Position numbers and translations under genes: made by a program. From positions 1,192,523 to 1,256,522 of the forward strand of contig OZ271840.1 in assembly GCA_965601735.1 (NCBI GenBank): 64,000 nucleotides of DNA, given 5' to 3'. Positions 27,828 to 37,969 of this stretch are shown here, in pieces. Source of the stretch: Alphaproteobacteria bacterium (GTDB lineage Bacteria > Pseudomonadota > Alphaproteobacteria > JBBDQX01). The stretch's first letter is position 1. Each line of letters opens with the position of its first letter. The notes below the pieces were generated by a model. It worked only from the letters and a program-made list of their open reading frames with translations, was not told the DNA's origin and did no database searches.

Positions 27828-28582
27828 GCAGCCCGCCCGGCGTAGAACATGTAGCCGTAGCTGCCGCCGAAACGGCGGCGCATATCGATCTCCCGCGCCG
27901 TCGCCGCGATGACCTCCAGGGCCATCGCGTCCCCCGCATGGGTCTCGCGCAGGCCCGGCAGCTTCGCTTCCAGCGGGGTGTAGTAGTCGTCCCACCAGCC
28001 GGCGTCCGGGACCGGCACCGTGCCGGCGAGGGCGTAGCCCGCCTGTTCGACCGCTGCGGCCACGGCCTCCGCCGCGCGCATGTCCGGATACTCCTCGGCG
28101 AAGAAGGCGGTGGCCGCGTCCGGCGGTGCGTCGGTGAACCAGACCATGTCGCTGAACACCAGATAGCCGCCGGGGCGCAGCAGCCGCCGCCAGGCGGCGA
28201 GCGCCGCATCGACGCCCATGATGTAGGCGGACCCCTCCGCCCAGATCAGGTCGAAGGCCCCGTCATCGAAGGGCAGGTCGGTCATGTCGGCGGCCCGCGT
28301 CTCGATCCGGTCCGCCAGCCCGTCGGCCTGCGCCGCCGCGTCGAGCTGGTCGAGGAACTCCTGATGCAGGTCGACCGCGGTGACCGTGCCGCCGGTCGCT
28401 TGTGCGAGCGTCCGGGTCTGCATCCCCGGCCCGCAGCCCACATCCAGGATGGCGGGTTCCGCCGGCAACGCCGCACACAAGGCGAGGGCGTCGCGCGTGG
28501 CGGCGGCGCAGCCGGGGCCCTGGCGGGGCAGGCCGCGCTGTACTTCCATGAACAGGGCGAACAGGCGCGCGTCGTCTTCCAT
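27824..28582 (-). CDS. Class I SAM-dependent methyltransferase
   Basis: [39 protein letters not shown]. Confidence 0.9.
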   Translation of the reverse strand: MEDDARLFALFMEVQRGLPRQGPGCAAATRDALALCAALPAEPAILDVGCGPGMQTRTLAQATGGTVTAVDLHQEFLDQLDAAAQADGLADRIETRAADMTDLPFDDGAFDLIWAEGSAYIMGVDAALAAWRRLLRPGGYLVFSDMVWFTDAPPDAATAFFAEEYPDMRAAEAVAAAVEQAGYALAGTVPVPDAGWWDDYYTPLEAKLPGLRETHAGDAMALEVIAATAREIDMRRRFGGSYGYMFYAGRAA

Positions 28583-28649
28583 GGCCCCAATGATGCGCAG
28601 ACGCGCGGCGCGATTCCACCGCGTCGCGATATGCCCTAAAACCGGCGCC

Positions 28650-29795
28650 ATGTTTTTGCTCGAACATGACGGCAAGGTGCTGCTCGCCGGGCGCGGGGTG
28701 CCGGTGCCCGACGGCGTGATCGCCGCCACCGATGGGCCGCCGCCGGCCCTGCCGCCGGGGCCGTGGATGGTCAAGGCGCAGGTGCCCGCTGGCGGCCGCG
28801 GCAAGGCGGGCGGCGTGCGCGCCGCCGATACGCCGGACGCGGTGGCCGAGGAATTGCGCCGCCTCGCGGGGCTCGACCTCAAGGGCCTCGCCGTCGCCGA
28901 GGCGCGCATCGAGGCGCGCGCCGCGTTCACCGCCGAATGCTATCTCAGCCTCGCCCTCGACCCGGACGCCCGTGCGGTCCGGGTGATGACGGCCGCCGAG
29001 GGCGGCATCGAGATCGAGGAGAACCCCGCCGCCGTGCAAAGCGCCACCGCCGCCCCGGACGCGGACGCGCTGGCGGCCTGCGTCGCGGGCCTCGCGGCGG
29101 GCTTCCCGGCGGCCCGGCGCGCAGCGCTGACCGCCGCCGCCCGGCCGCTGGCCGAGGCGTTCCTGGCGCTTGACGGGATGCTGCTGGAGATCAACCCGCT
29201 GTTCGTGCTGAAGGACGGCGGCTGGTGCGCCGGGGACGTGAAGCTGGTCACCGACGACAACGCCCTGGCGCGCAACGCGGCGCTGGCGGCGCTGCTGGAT
29301 GCGCGTAGCACGGCTTACACGGACGCGGCGCGCAAGCGCGACTGCGGCTTCGACTATGTCACCGTCGACCCGCAAGGCGAGATCGGCCTGCTGACCACCG
29401 GCGCCGGGCTCAGCATGATGCTGATCGACGAGATGCGCGCCATGGGCATGAAGCCCTGCAACTTCCTCGACATCCGCTCCGGCGAGCTGCGCGGCGACCC
29501 CGCCCGGTTGATCCAGGCGCTGCAGTGGATCATGGAAGGCCCGAAGGTCCGGGTGCTGCTGATGAACTTCTTCGCCGGGGTCACCGACCTGGGCGAGCTG
29601 GCGCGGCTGATCCTCGAAGCGCTCGACGCGGTGCCCGAGGCGCGCGGCCTGCCCATCGTCGCGCGCCTGGTGGGCAACGGCTTCGACAAGGCGCAGGCGG
29701 TGGCGTCCGCGCCCGGCTCGCCGCTGACGCTCGAGCCCGACCTCGACGCGGCGGTCGCGGCGGTGAAGAAGATCCTGGAGGCGCCGGCGCCATGA
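28650..29795 (+). CDS. Acyl-CoA synthetase (NDP-forming) beta subunit, divergent SucC-like
   Basis: LLEHDGK, VKAQV..GGRGKAGGV, EGGIEIE, LEINPL, DDNA, GAGL, NFLD, RLVG. Confidence 0.88.
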   Translation: MFLLEHDGKVLLAGRGVPVPDGVIAATDGPPPALPPGPWMVKAQVPAGGRGKAGGVRAADTPDAVAEELRRLAGLDLKGLAVAEARIEARAAFTAECYLSLALDPDARAVRVMTAAEGGIEIEENPAAVQSATAAPDADALAACVAGLAAGFPAARRAALTAAARPLAEAFLALDGMLLEINPLFVLKDGGWCAGDVKLVTDDNALARNAALAALLDARSTAYTDAARKRDCGFDYVTVDPQGEIGLLTTGAGLSMMLIDEMRAMGMKPCNFLDIRSGELRGDPARLIQALQWIMEGPKVRVLLMNFFAGVTDLGELARLILEALDAVPEARGLPIVARLVGNGFDKAQAVASAPGSPLTLEPDLDAAVAAVKKILEAPAP

Positions 29796-30673
29796 TCGAT
29801 CCGCGCATCGACGGCAACACGCCGATCATCGTCCAGGGCATCACCGGCCGGCAGGGGCGTTTCCATGCCGGGCTGATGCGCGGCTATGGCAGCAACATCG
29901 TCGGCGGCACCTCGCCCAGCGGCAAGACCGCCGAGGTGGACGGCATGCCGGTGTTCCTGAACTGCGCCGACGCGGTCGCCGCCACCGGGGCGACCGCCAC
30001 GCTGACCATGGTGCGCGGCGACGGCGTGCTGGCCGCTGTCACCGAGGCGCTGGATGCGGGCATCCGGCTGATCTGCTCGCCGACCGAGGGGGTGTCGGTG
30101 CATGACGCGCTGGCCGCGGCCCGGCTGATACGTGAAGCCGGCGCCCTGTGGATCGGCCCGTCGACACCGGGCATGGCGGTGCCGGGGCAGGCCAAGCTCG
30201 GCTTCCTGCCCGACGTCTCCCTGGCGCCCGGGCCGCTCGGCTTGATGTCCAAGAGCGGCACCCTGAGCTACGAGATCGGCTACCGGCTGGTCGGCAAGGG
30301 CCTCGGCCAGTCGGTCTGGGTCGGCGTCGGCGGCGACCCGGTGAAGGGGGTGCGCTTTGGCGAGCTTGTGCCCTTCTACAAGGCCGACGCCCAGACCGAG
30401 GGGCTGGTGGTGATCGGCGAGATCGGCGGCACCGAGGAAGAGGACCTGGCCGCCGCCCTGATCGAGCATGATTTCGGTAAGCCGGTGTTCGTGCTGGTCG
30501 CCGGGGCGACCGCGCCCGAGGGCGTCACCATGGGCCATGCCGGGGCGCTGGCCCACGGCGCGCACGGTACCTTCGCGGCAAAGAAGGCGGCGCTGGAAAA
30601 GGCGGGCGCGCGGGTCTTCGCCCATATCGCGGAGCTGATCGACGCGGCTGCGGACACATTCAAAGGGAGCTGA
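29792..30673 (+). CDS. Acyl-CoA synthetase (NDP-forming) alpha subunit, divergent SucD-like
   Basis: VQGITGRQG.FH, SKSGTLSYE, GGDP, IGEIGG, phospho-His loop MGHAGA; ATGA overlap with the beta subunit. Confidence 0.9.
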   Translation: MIDPRIDGNTPIIVQGITGRQGRFHAGLMRGYGSNIVGGTSPSGKTAEVDGMPVFLNCADAVAATGATATLTMVRGDGVLAAVTEALDAGIRLICSPTEGVSVHDALAAARLIREAGALWIGPSTPGMAVPGQAKLGFLPDVSLAPGPLGLMSKSGTLSYEIGYRLVGKGLGQSVWVGVGGDPVKGVRFGELVPFYKADAQTEGLVVIGEIGGTEEEDLAAALIEHDFGKPVFVLVAGATAPEGVTMGHAGALAHGAHGTFAAKKAALEKAGARVFAHIAELIDAAADTFKGS

Positions 30674-30676
30674 GAC

Positions 30677-31843
30677 GTGGACTTCATTCCGACCGACGAA
30701 CAGCGCGAGATGGTCGACACCGTACGCCGCTTCCGCCGCGACGTGATCGAGCCCAACGGCATGAAGTGGCTCGACGGCAGCTTCCCCTGGGAGAACATGA
30801 AGGGGCTGGGGGAACTCGGCGTGCTGGGCATGGCCGTGCCCGAGGAATATGGCGGCATGAGCGCCAGCATCCTCGACACCCTGCTGGTGCTCGAAGAGAT
30901 CTCCAAGGGCTGCTACGTCACCGCCATGGCGGTGCTGGCCGAGGTCGGCAGCCAGACCCGCATCATCGCCACCTTCGCCCCCGAATCGATCAAGCGCGAG
31001 ATCCTGCCGCGCATCGCCACCGGCGAGGCGATCCTCGCCATCTGCATGACCGAGCCGGACACCGGCACCGACGTCCCGGCGATCCGCACCAACACCAATG
31101 TCGAGGGCAACCGGGTGGTGGTGAACGGCGCCAAGACCCTGTGCAGCCGCGCCGAAGTGGCGGAGATGTTCGTCGTCTACACCCGGGTCAACAACGTGCC
31201 GGGCCGCGAGGGCATCGGCTGCGTGCTGGTGCCCAAGGACGCGCCGGGCATGGAGATCAACACCACGTACCACACCATGGGCGGGGAATATCTCTCCGAC
31301 GTGCGCTTCGACAATGTGGAGCTGCCGCCGGACAACCTGGTGGTCGAGGGCGACGGCCTGAAGAAGCTGATGACCGCGTTCAACACCCAGCGGGTGCTGA
31401 ACCCGTCGATCTGCCTCGGCCTGGCCGAGGGCGCGATGGAGCATTCGATCCGCTACATGCGCGACCGCAAGGCGTTCGGCCAGCGCATCGGCGACTTCCA
31501 GGGCCTGCGCTGGAAGCTCGCCGACATGGCGATCCAGATCGAGGCCGGGCGCAGCCTGCTCTACCGCGCGGCGGTCAGCGGCGGCGAGTTCCCGGACCCG
31601 ACCCTGGCGGCGATGGCCAAGGTCTACAACAACGAGATGGGCATCCGGGTCTGCTCCGAGGCGATCCAGATCCACGGCGGCTACGGCTTCACCGACGAGT
31701 TCCCGGTCTCGCGCTTCTACCGCGGGGTGCGCTATGGCAGCCTCGGCGGCGGCACCACGGAGACGCTCCGCAACTGGGTCGGCCGCTACCTGGTCGAAAA
31801 GGTCGATCTGGACACCGGCATCCTGGCCCCCGACCTGTTCTAG
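30677..31843 (+). CDS. Acyl-CoA dehydrogenase-family flavoprotein lacking the usual catalytic Glu (possible desulfinase-type)
   Basis: PEEYGG, MTEP, NGAK, RKAFGQRIGDFQG, QIHGGYG; LGGGT and FNTQR at the two usual Glu positions. Confidence 0.88.
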   Translation: MDFIPTDEQREMVDTVRRFRRDVIEPNGMKWLDGSFPWENMKGLGELGVLGMAVPEEYGGMSASILDTLLVLEEISKGCYVTAMAVLAEVGSQTRIIATFAPESIKREILPRIATGEAILAICMTEPDTGTDVPAIRTNTNVEGNRVVVNGAKTLCSRAEVAEMFVVYTRVNNVPGREGIGCVLVPKDAPGMEINTTYHTMGGEYLSDVRFDNVELPPDNLVVEGDGLKKLMTAFNTQRVLNPSICLGLAEGAMEHSIRYMRDRKAFGQRIGDFQGLRWKLADMAIQIEAGRSLLYRAAVSGGEFPDPTLAAMAKVYNNEMGIRVCSEAIQIHGGYGFTDEFPVSRFYRGVRYGSLGGGTTETLRNWVGRYLVEKVDLDTGILAPDLF

Positions 31844-32052
31844 GTCCCATCCGGCGGGCTTGAAATATAGGACTTTGAGCCTATATCCCCGTCATGCATG
31901 GCATGGCGGGACCCCTGACAATCTCGGTGTCAACATCGGCGCAACGTCGCGCAACATCCGGTGGTTTTCCGCCGGATGCGCGACTCAGGAATCGTTTGTT
32001 TTCAAGGGGTTGGCCGGCCCCCTGTCAACAATTGCCAACATTGGCGTTTTTT

Positions 32053-33864
32053 CTACGCCCCGTCGGGCAGGGTGTAGACCCGGACCGGCTCGGAGTGGCC
32101 GCGCACCGGCACCTCGCCGGCGGCGCGCAGGCTGCTGTCGCCCGCCGCGTCCACGGTGGCGTCGGCGACCAGCAGGCGGGTGCCGAAATCCTTGTTCATG
32201 CCTTCGAGCCGCGCGGCGACATTCACCGCGTCGCCATGCACCGTGTAGTTCAGCCGCCCCTCCGCGCCGACATGGCCGGCGACCAGCGGACCGGTGTTGA
32301 CGCCGACCCGGCAGACCAGGGATTCGCCGGCGAAGCGTCCCGTGTCGGTCTGCGCGATCATCTCGCGCCCCGCCGCGATGGCGTTGGCGGCATGGTCCGG
32401 GTCCGCCACCGGCACATTGAAGATGGCGAGGATGGCGTCGCCCTGAAACTGGGTGACCACGCCCTTGTGGCGCTCGATGATCGCGACCATGGCGGAGAAA
32501 TAAGCGTTCAGTACCTCCACCGTGCGCACCGGGCCGAGCCGCTCGGTCATCGAGGTAAAGCCCTGCAGGTCGACGAACAGCACCGACGCGGTCGCGGTCT
32601 GCGGCGCCATGGCGTCGTCGCCGTCCTTGAGCACCGCCTCGGCCACCGCTTCGGGCATGTAGCGGCCGAACATGCGGCGCACCCGGGTGCGGTCGCGCAT
32701 GCCGCGCACCATGCGGTTGAAGGCGGCCGCGGAATCGTCGAACTCGCGCAGGCGGCTGCGCGGCAGCGGTTCGATGTCGTCGAGGCGCTTGTCGTGGACA
32801 AGCTTGGCCAGGTCGGCGATGCGCCGGGTCGGCCGGCTGATCAGCCGCCCCGCGGCGACGCCCGCGCCCACCGCCAGTACAAGCAGCCCGGCGCCGACCG
32901 CCAGCGTGCGCTGCACCCGCACGATCTGGGTCTCGGCGGTATCGGACGGCAGATGGACGCCGATGGTCCAAGGCTCCGGCCCGTACTGGTCGAGATCGCG
33001 GGTGACGAAATAGAAGCGTTCCCCGTCCATCTCCCGGCCGAACACGGTGGATCGGTCCGATGGTGCGACCAGGCCCATGGGCAAGGCCGCGCCCTCGCTA
33101 AGTGCGGCCAGCGGCGCATCGGCGATCTCCGCCACCGACGGCAACGGTGCCTCCTCTCCCGGCAGCGGCCGCCAGTCGATCATCAGCGGATGCGCCAGCA
33201 CCTGGTCGCGGCCATACAGCACGAAGGGTGTCGCGGTGCCGCCGGCGCGTGCCGCCAGCGACTGGGACAGGTCGGCGATCCGCACCACCTGCACCATCAG
33301 CGCCTTGAGCTCGCCACCGCGCCGCAAGGGCGTGCGCAGGCTGACCGACACCCGGCCCACAGTGACGGGGATGAAGGGTTCGTCCCAGAACGGCTCCTGC
33401 CGATCGGCGGCGGCAGCGATGGCGTCATCGATGCCGTCGGACGGGGCGACCTCGATCTCCTGCATCGGGCCAAGGTCGCGGGTGACCCGCTGCAACCGGT
33501 TGCCGGGCAGCAGGATACCGACGCCGAAGATCTGCGGCGTTGCCGCGAGCGCTCCGTCAACCAGCCGTTCGAAGGCCGGGTCGCCAGTCTCCATGGTGCC
33601 TTCCGCGAAGCGCCGGGCGATGAAACGCGCCTGCGCCTCGACCGGCTCCAGCAGGCCGGCGATCTCCGCGGCCAGCAAGTCGACCTCGGCATCGGCCTTG
33701 TCGCGCAGCAGTTCGCGGGTGTTGGCGCCGGCGCTATAGACGCCGATCAGCAGCATCAGGCCGACCGCCAGCGCCATGATGCCTGCCAGAACCCCGGCCA
33801 GCACGGTGCCCAGGGGCAGCCGCAGCCGTCGGCGCGGCGGCGTTGGCGCCGGCGCGGTGCTCAT
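32053..33864 (-). CDS. Membrane-bound class III nucleotidyl cyclase (TM-periplasmic sensor-TM-HAMP-cyclase)
   Basis: VLFVDLQGFT, QFQGDA, GVNTG, YTVHGDAVNVAARLE; two TM helices; HAMP-like ISRP...EF...AFNRM. Confidence 0.92.
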   Translation of the reverse strand: MSTAPAPTPPRRRLRLPLGTVLAGVLAGIMALAVGLMLLIGVYSAGANTRELLRDKADAEVDLLAAEIAGLLEPVEAQARFIARRFAEGTMETGDPAFERLVDGALAATPQIFGVGILLPGNRLQRVTRDLGPMQEIEVAPSDGIDDAIAAAADRQEPFWDEPFIPVTVGRVSVSLRTPLRRGGELKALMVQVVRIADLSQSLAARAGGTATPFVLYGRDQVLAHPLMIDWRPLPGEEAPLPSVAEIADAPLAALSEGAALPMGLVAPSDRSTVFGREMDGERFYFVTRDLDQYGPEPWTIGVHLPSDTAETQIVRVQRTLAVGAGLLVLAVGAGVAAGRLISRPTRRIADLAKLVHDKRLDDIEPLPRSRLREFDDSAAAFNRMVRGMRDRTRVRRMFGRYMPEAVAEAVLKDGDDAMAPQTATASVLFVDLQGFTSMTERLGPVRTVEVLNAYFSAMVAIIERHKGVVTQFQGDAILAIFNVPVADPDHAANAIAAGREMIAQTDTGRFAGESLVCRVGVNTGPLVAGHVGAEGRLNYTVHGDAVNVAARLEGMNKDFGTRLLVADATVDAAGDSSLRAAGEVPVRGHSEPVRVYTLPDGA

Positions 33865-34646
33865 CCCTTCGGCGCCTTGCGCCGGTCGAGGAAGGCCTGG
33901 ATCATCCGCTTCGGCTCGTCGGTCTCAAACGAGCGGGAAAAGGCGCGGATGCCGGCCTCGATGGAATCGCTGACCGCCAGCTTTTCCCAATCCTGCACCA
34001 GCGTCTTCTGGGCGCGGGTGACGACCGGGCCGCATTTCAGGATCGCGCCGAGCCAGTCTTCCAGCGCCGCGTCCAGTCCGTCGCGTGGGGCGATCCGCTC
34101 CAGAAAGCCGATGCGGTACGCCTCATGGGCGTCGATATGAGCGCCGGTCAGCACCAATTCGCGCGCCTTGCCCCAGCCGACCAGCATCGGCAGCAGGCAC
34201 GCTTCCATGCCCGACGGGATGCCAAAGCGGGTCTCGGGCATGCCAAGCTTTGCGTCATCGACCCCGATGCGCAGGTCGCAGGCCGCCGCCAGTTCCATGC
34301 CGAAGCCGAAGCAGTAGCCGTTTATACGCGCGATCACCGGCACCGGCACGTCGCGCACCGACTGGCAGGTCAGGTGGGTGATGGTGGCGGCGCGGTAGGC
34401 CTCCTCGGGGCCGTATTTGGTCATCTCCGCCAGATCCGCACCGCCGACGAAGGCAACGTCGCCGACGCCGGTCAGTACCACGGCGCGCAGGTCGCCGTCC
34501 TGGCCGATCTCGCCCAGCAGGTCGATCAGCCGGCGCTTGCCGTCGCGCCCGAGCGCGTTGCGTTTGTCCGGATTGTTAAAGGTGACGGTGGCGATCCGCC
34601 CCGCGGGCCGGTCGTCCGTGGTAAGAAGCAGAAGGTCGTCGGTCAT
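33861..34646 (-). CDS. Enoyl-CoA hydratase/isomerase family protein
   Basis: NPDKRNAL, AFVGGADL, PVIARINGYCFG.GMELAAACD, GMPETRFGIP. Confidence 0.92.
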   Translation of the reverse strand: MTDDLLLLTTDDRPAGRIATVTFNNPDKRNALGRDGKRRLIDLLGEIGQDGDLRAVVLTGVGDVAFVGGADLAEMTKYGPEEAYRAATITHLTCQSVRDVPVPVIARINGYCFGFGMELAAACDLRIGVDDAKLGMPETRFGIPSGMEACLLPMLVGWGKARELVLTGAHIDAHEAYRIGFLERIAPRDGLDAALEDWLGAILKCGPVVTRAQKTLVQDWEKLAVSDSIEAGIRAFSRSFETDEPKRMIQAFLDRRKAPKG

Positions 34647-34705
34647 GGTCGGGTGCCTTGTGCAGCCGCACCCGCCGCGCCGGCGGGCCTCGGGGGACTA
34701 TAGCA

Positions 34706-35515
34706 ATGATGGACCGGGTCACAGCCCTGCTGCGCGAGGCCGCCGCGATCGATGTGCTGCCGCGCTACCGCCGGCTATCCGAGGACGAGCGTTTCCAGAA
34801 GCAGGGCGGCGAGATGGTTACCGCCGCCGATCACGCGGTGGAGGCGCGGCTGCGCGCCGGCCTCGCCGACATCCATCCTGGTGCCGCCTTTGTCGGCGAG
34901 GAGAGCGCGGCGGAAGACCCGGACAGCTTGGCGGTGCTCAGCCGTCCTGGTGCGGTCTGGGTCGTCGATCCGGTGGACGGCACCCATAACTTTGCCCACG
35001 GCAAGCGGCACTTCTGCATCATGGTGGCGCTGGTCGAGGACGGCGACACCGCGGCGGCGTGGATTCACGATCCGCTCGACGGCTGGACCGCGGTGGCCAA
35101 GCGCGGCGCCGGCGCCTTCATCGATGGGCTGCCCCTGCGCATGTCGCCTGCGCCAGACGATGTTGCCGACTGGAAGGGGGCGGTCTCGACCCGCTACCTG
35201 CCCGAGCCGATGCGCGAGACCGCGCGCAACGGCGCGGCGCGCATGGCGCAGAGCCGCACCTACTTCTGCGCCGGGCACGACTATGTGGCAATGCTGCGCG
35301 GCGCCCGGCACCTGGCGCTGTATTACCGCACCCATCCGTGGGATCACGCCGCCGGCGCGTTGCTGGTTTGCGAGGCCGGCGGTGTCGCGCGGCGCTTCGA
35401 CGGCGCCGACTACCGGCCTGGCGAGGACGGGGTCTCGCTGCTCGCCACCGCCGACGCGCCGAGTTGGCGGCGCGCCCGCGACCTGTTGCTGACCGGCGCC
35501 GGGGATGGCATATGA
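34706..35515 (+). CDS. Inositol monophosphatase family protein
   Basis: VTAAD, VGEE, WVVDPVDGTHNF, PWDHAAG. Confidence 0.93.
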   Translation: MMDRVTALLREAAAIDVLPRYRRLSEDERFQKQGGEMVTAADHAVEARLRAGLADIHPGAAFVGEESAAEDPDSLAVLSRPGAVWVVDPVDGTHNFAHGKRHFCIMVALVEDGDTAAAWIHDPLDGWTAVAKRGAGAFIDGLPLRMSPAPDDVADWKGAVSTRYLPEPMRETARNGAARMAQSRTYFCAGHDYVAMLRGARHLALYYRTHPWDHAAGALLVCEAGGVARRFDGADYRPGEDGVSLLATADAPSWRRARDLLLTGAGDGI

Positions 35516-35602
35516 CCGCTAACTTTCTTCCCGGCATTCCCGCCCGCTACACTCCGGCCGCCGCCGTTCGCCGCGGCCCAAGCAAGATCGAGGAACACCA
35601 AG

Positions 35603-37192
35603 ATGCGTGACCTTCACTTCCCAGGGCGCTCGCCTGTCCGTTCCATGAACGCCATGGCGGCGACCTCGCAGCCGGCGTCCACGCTGGCCGCGATCGAGAT
35701 CATGCGCCAGGGCGGCAACGCCATGGATGCCGCCGTCGCCGCTTGCGCCGTGCAGTGCGTCGTTGAGCCCCAGTCCACCGGAATCGGGGGCGACTGCTTC
35801 TGCCTGTATGCACCGGCCGGCGAGAACCGGGTCATCGGGCTGAATGGCTCGGGCAAGGCGCCGGGCAAGGCCGAGGCGGGCTGGTTCCTGGAGCAGGGCA
35901 TCTCCGGCCGTGTCGATATGTGGGGGCCGCACGCGGTGACCGTGCCCGGCGCGGTCGACGCCTGGATCACCCTGCTGGATGACCACGGCACTATGGGCAT
36001 CGACCAGGTGTTGCAGCCGGCGATCCACTACGCCGAGAACGGTTTCGTGGTGCATTCGCGCACCAGCGCCGACTGGGCGTCGAACATGAAGAAGCTGCTG
36101 CAGGACCCGGACTCCTCCACCCGGTTCACCAAGTCCGGCGCGCCGCTGGCCGAGGGCGACGTGTTCGTCCAGCCGCAGCTCGCCGAGACCTTCCGCCGCA
36201 TCGCCAAGGAGGGCCGTGACGGTTTCTACAAGGGGCCGGTCGCCGAGGATATCGTGAAGAAGCTCAATTCCCTGGGCGGGCTGCACACCCTCGACGACCT
36301 GGCGGCGACCGCCTGCAAGTATGTCGACCCGATCAAGACCGGCTACGGCGACTACGAGGTGTGGGAGATTCCGCCCAACGGCGTCGGCATCATCACCCTG
36401 CTGCTGCTCAACATCCTGTCGGGCTACGACCTGACCAAGGGCGGCCCGACCAACACAGACCGGCTGCATCACCTGATTGAGGCGGCGAAGCTCGCCTACC
36501 GCGACCGCAACACCTATGTCGCCGATCCCGACTTCGCCGACGTGCCGGTCGATGCGCTGCTGTCGCTCGACTACGCGGCGTCCCTGCGCGAACAGATCGA
36601 CCCGGACCGGGCGATGAAGGACGTGCCGCCGCCGAGCCTGCCGAACGACGACACGGTCTACCTCTGCGTCGTCGACAAGGACGGCAACGCCTGTTCGTTC
36701 ATCAATTCGCTGTTCCAGAGCTTCGGCTCGGGCATCCTCGCGCCGGAATCGGGCGTGATGCTGCAGAACCGGGGCTATGGCTTCGTCGTCGAGGAAGGGC
36801 ATCCGAACTGCATCGCGCCGGGCAAGCGGCCGCTGCACACCATCATCCCGGCGATGCTGACCAAGGGCGGCCGCGCGCAGATGCCGTTCGGCGTCATGGG
36901 CGGGCATTTCCAGCCCTTCGGCCAGACCTACTTCCTGACCAACCTGCTCGACTTCGGCCTCGACATTCAGCAGTCCTTCGACCTCAGCCGCCTGTTCTGC
37001 ATGGGCGGCGATGTGGAGGTCGAGCGCTCGATACCGGCCGAGGCGGTGCACGGCCTGATGGAGCGCGGCCACAAGTGCTCCGTCATCAACAAGCCCCATG
37101 GCGGCGGCCAGGGCATCTGGATCGACTGGGAAAAGGGCACGCTGGCCGGCGGTTCGGAGCCGCGCAAGGACGGCTGCGCGATGGGCTACTAG
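35603..37192 (+). CDS. Cytoplasmic GGT-family Ntn hydrolase (YwrD-like)
   Basis: EPQSTGIGGD, TVPGAV, nucleophile DTVYL, LQNRG, PGKRPLHTIIP, GVMGG, SEPRKDG; no signal peptide. Confidence 0.92.
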   Translation: MRDLHFPGRSPVRSMNAMAATSQPASTLAAIEIMRQGGNAMDAAVAACAVQCVVEPQSTGIGGDCFCLYAPAGENRVIGLNGSGKAPGKAEAGWFLEQGISGRVDMWGPHAVTVPGAVDAWITLLDDHGTMGIDQVLQPAIHYAENGFVVHSRTSADWASNMKKLLQDPDSSTRFTKSGAPLAEGDVFVQPQLAETFRRIAKEGRDGFYKGPVAEDIVKKLNSLGGLHTLDDLAATACKYVDPIKTGYGDYEVWEIPPNGVGIITLLLLNILSGYDLTKGGPTNTDRLHHLIEAAKLAYRDRNTYVADPDFADVPVDALLSLDYAASLREQIDPDRAMKDVPPPSLPNDDTVYLCVVDKDGNACSFINSLFQSFGSGILAPESGVMLQNRGYGFVVEEGHPNCIAPGKRPLHTIIPAMLTKGGRAQMPFGVMGGHFQPFGQTYFLTNLLDFGLDIQQSFDLSRLFCMGGDVEVERSIPAEAVHGLMERGHKCSVINKPHGGGQGIWIDWEKGTLAGGSEPRKDGCAMGY

Positions 37193-37204
37193 GAGGGACG
37201 CACG

Positions 37205-37969
37205 ATGAGCGAGGCAATGGCGGCGGACTTCCGCCTCGACGGCAAGGTGGCGGCGGTCACCGGGGCAAGCCGGGGCATCGGCCGCGGCGCGGCGGCGGCG
37301 CTGGCCGCGGCCGGCGCCGAGGTGGTGCTGATGGCGCGCTCCGCGGATGGGCTGGCCGAGGCCTGCGACGAGATCGCGTCCGCCGGCGGCAAGGCGACCG
37401 CGCTCGCCTGTGACGTCACCGACCGGGCGGCCGTGCGCGCGGCCATTGGCGGGCTGCCGCGCCTCGACGTGCTGTTCAACAACGCCGGCATCAACCGGCC
37501 GCAGCCGTTCCTCGAGGTGGATGACGACGCGCTCGATTCGATCATCGACATCAATGTGAAGGCAGCCTTCGTGGTCGCCCAGGCGGCGGCACGCAAGATG
37601 GTCGAGGCGGGCAACGGCGGTGCCATCGTCAACACCTCGTCCCAACTCGCCAAGGTGGGCTCGGAGGGGCGCGCGGTCTATTGCGCCAGCAAGGCGGCGG
37701 TCGACGGCATGACCCGGACCATGGCGATCGAGCTCGGCCCCCACAATGTGCGGGTCAACAGCGTCGGGCCGACCTTCATCGAAACACCGATGACCCGGCC
37801 CTATTTCGAGGACCCGGAGTTCCGCGGCAAGACCGAGGCGAAGATCCCGCTTGGCCGCATCGGCCAGGTCCGCGACGTGGCCGGCGCGGTGGTGTTCCTC
37901 GCCTCGCCGGCATCCGGGCTGATCACCGGGGTCAACCTGCTGGTCGACGGAGGCTGGACCGCGATCTAG
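37205..37969 (+). CDS. Short-chain dehydrogenase/reductase
   Basis: TGASRGIG, NNAG, YCASK, VDGGWT. Confidence 0.93.
   Translation: MSEAMAADFRLDGKVAAVTGASRGIGRGAAAALAAAGAEVVLMARSADGLAEACDEIASAGGKATALACDVTDRAAVRAAIGGLPRLDVLFNNAGINRPQPFLEVDDDALDSIIDINVKAAFVVAQAAARKMVEAGNGGAIVNTSSQLAKVGSEGRAVYCASKAAVDGMTRTMAIELGPHNVRVNSVGPTFIETPMTRPYFEDPEFRGKTEAKIPLGRIGQVRDVAGAVVFLASPASGLITGVNLLVDGGWTAI

Noticed and set aside
28650-30673. Naming these the TCA-cycle sucC/sucD
   Set aside because: Divergent motifs (TTGAGL, IGPST) and no mdh/sucAB context; more likely a specialised paralogue.
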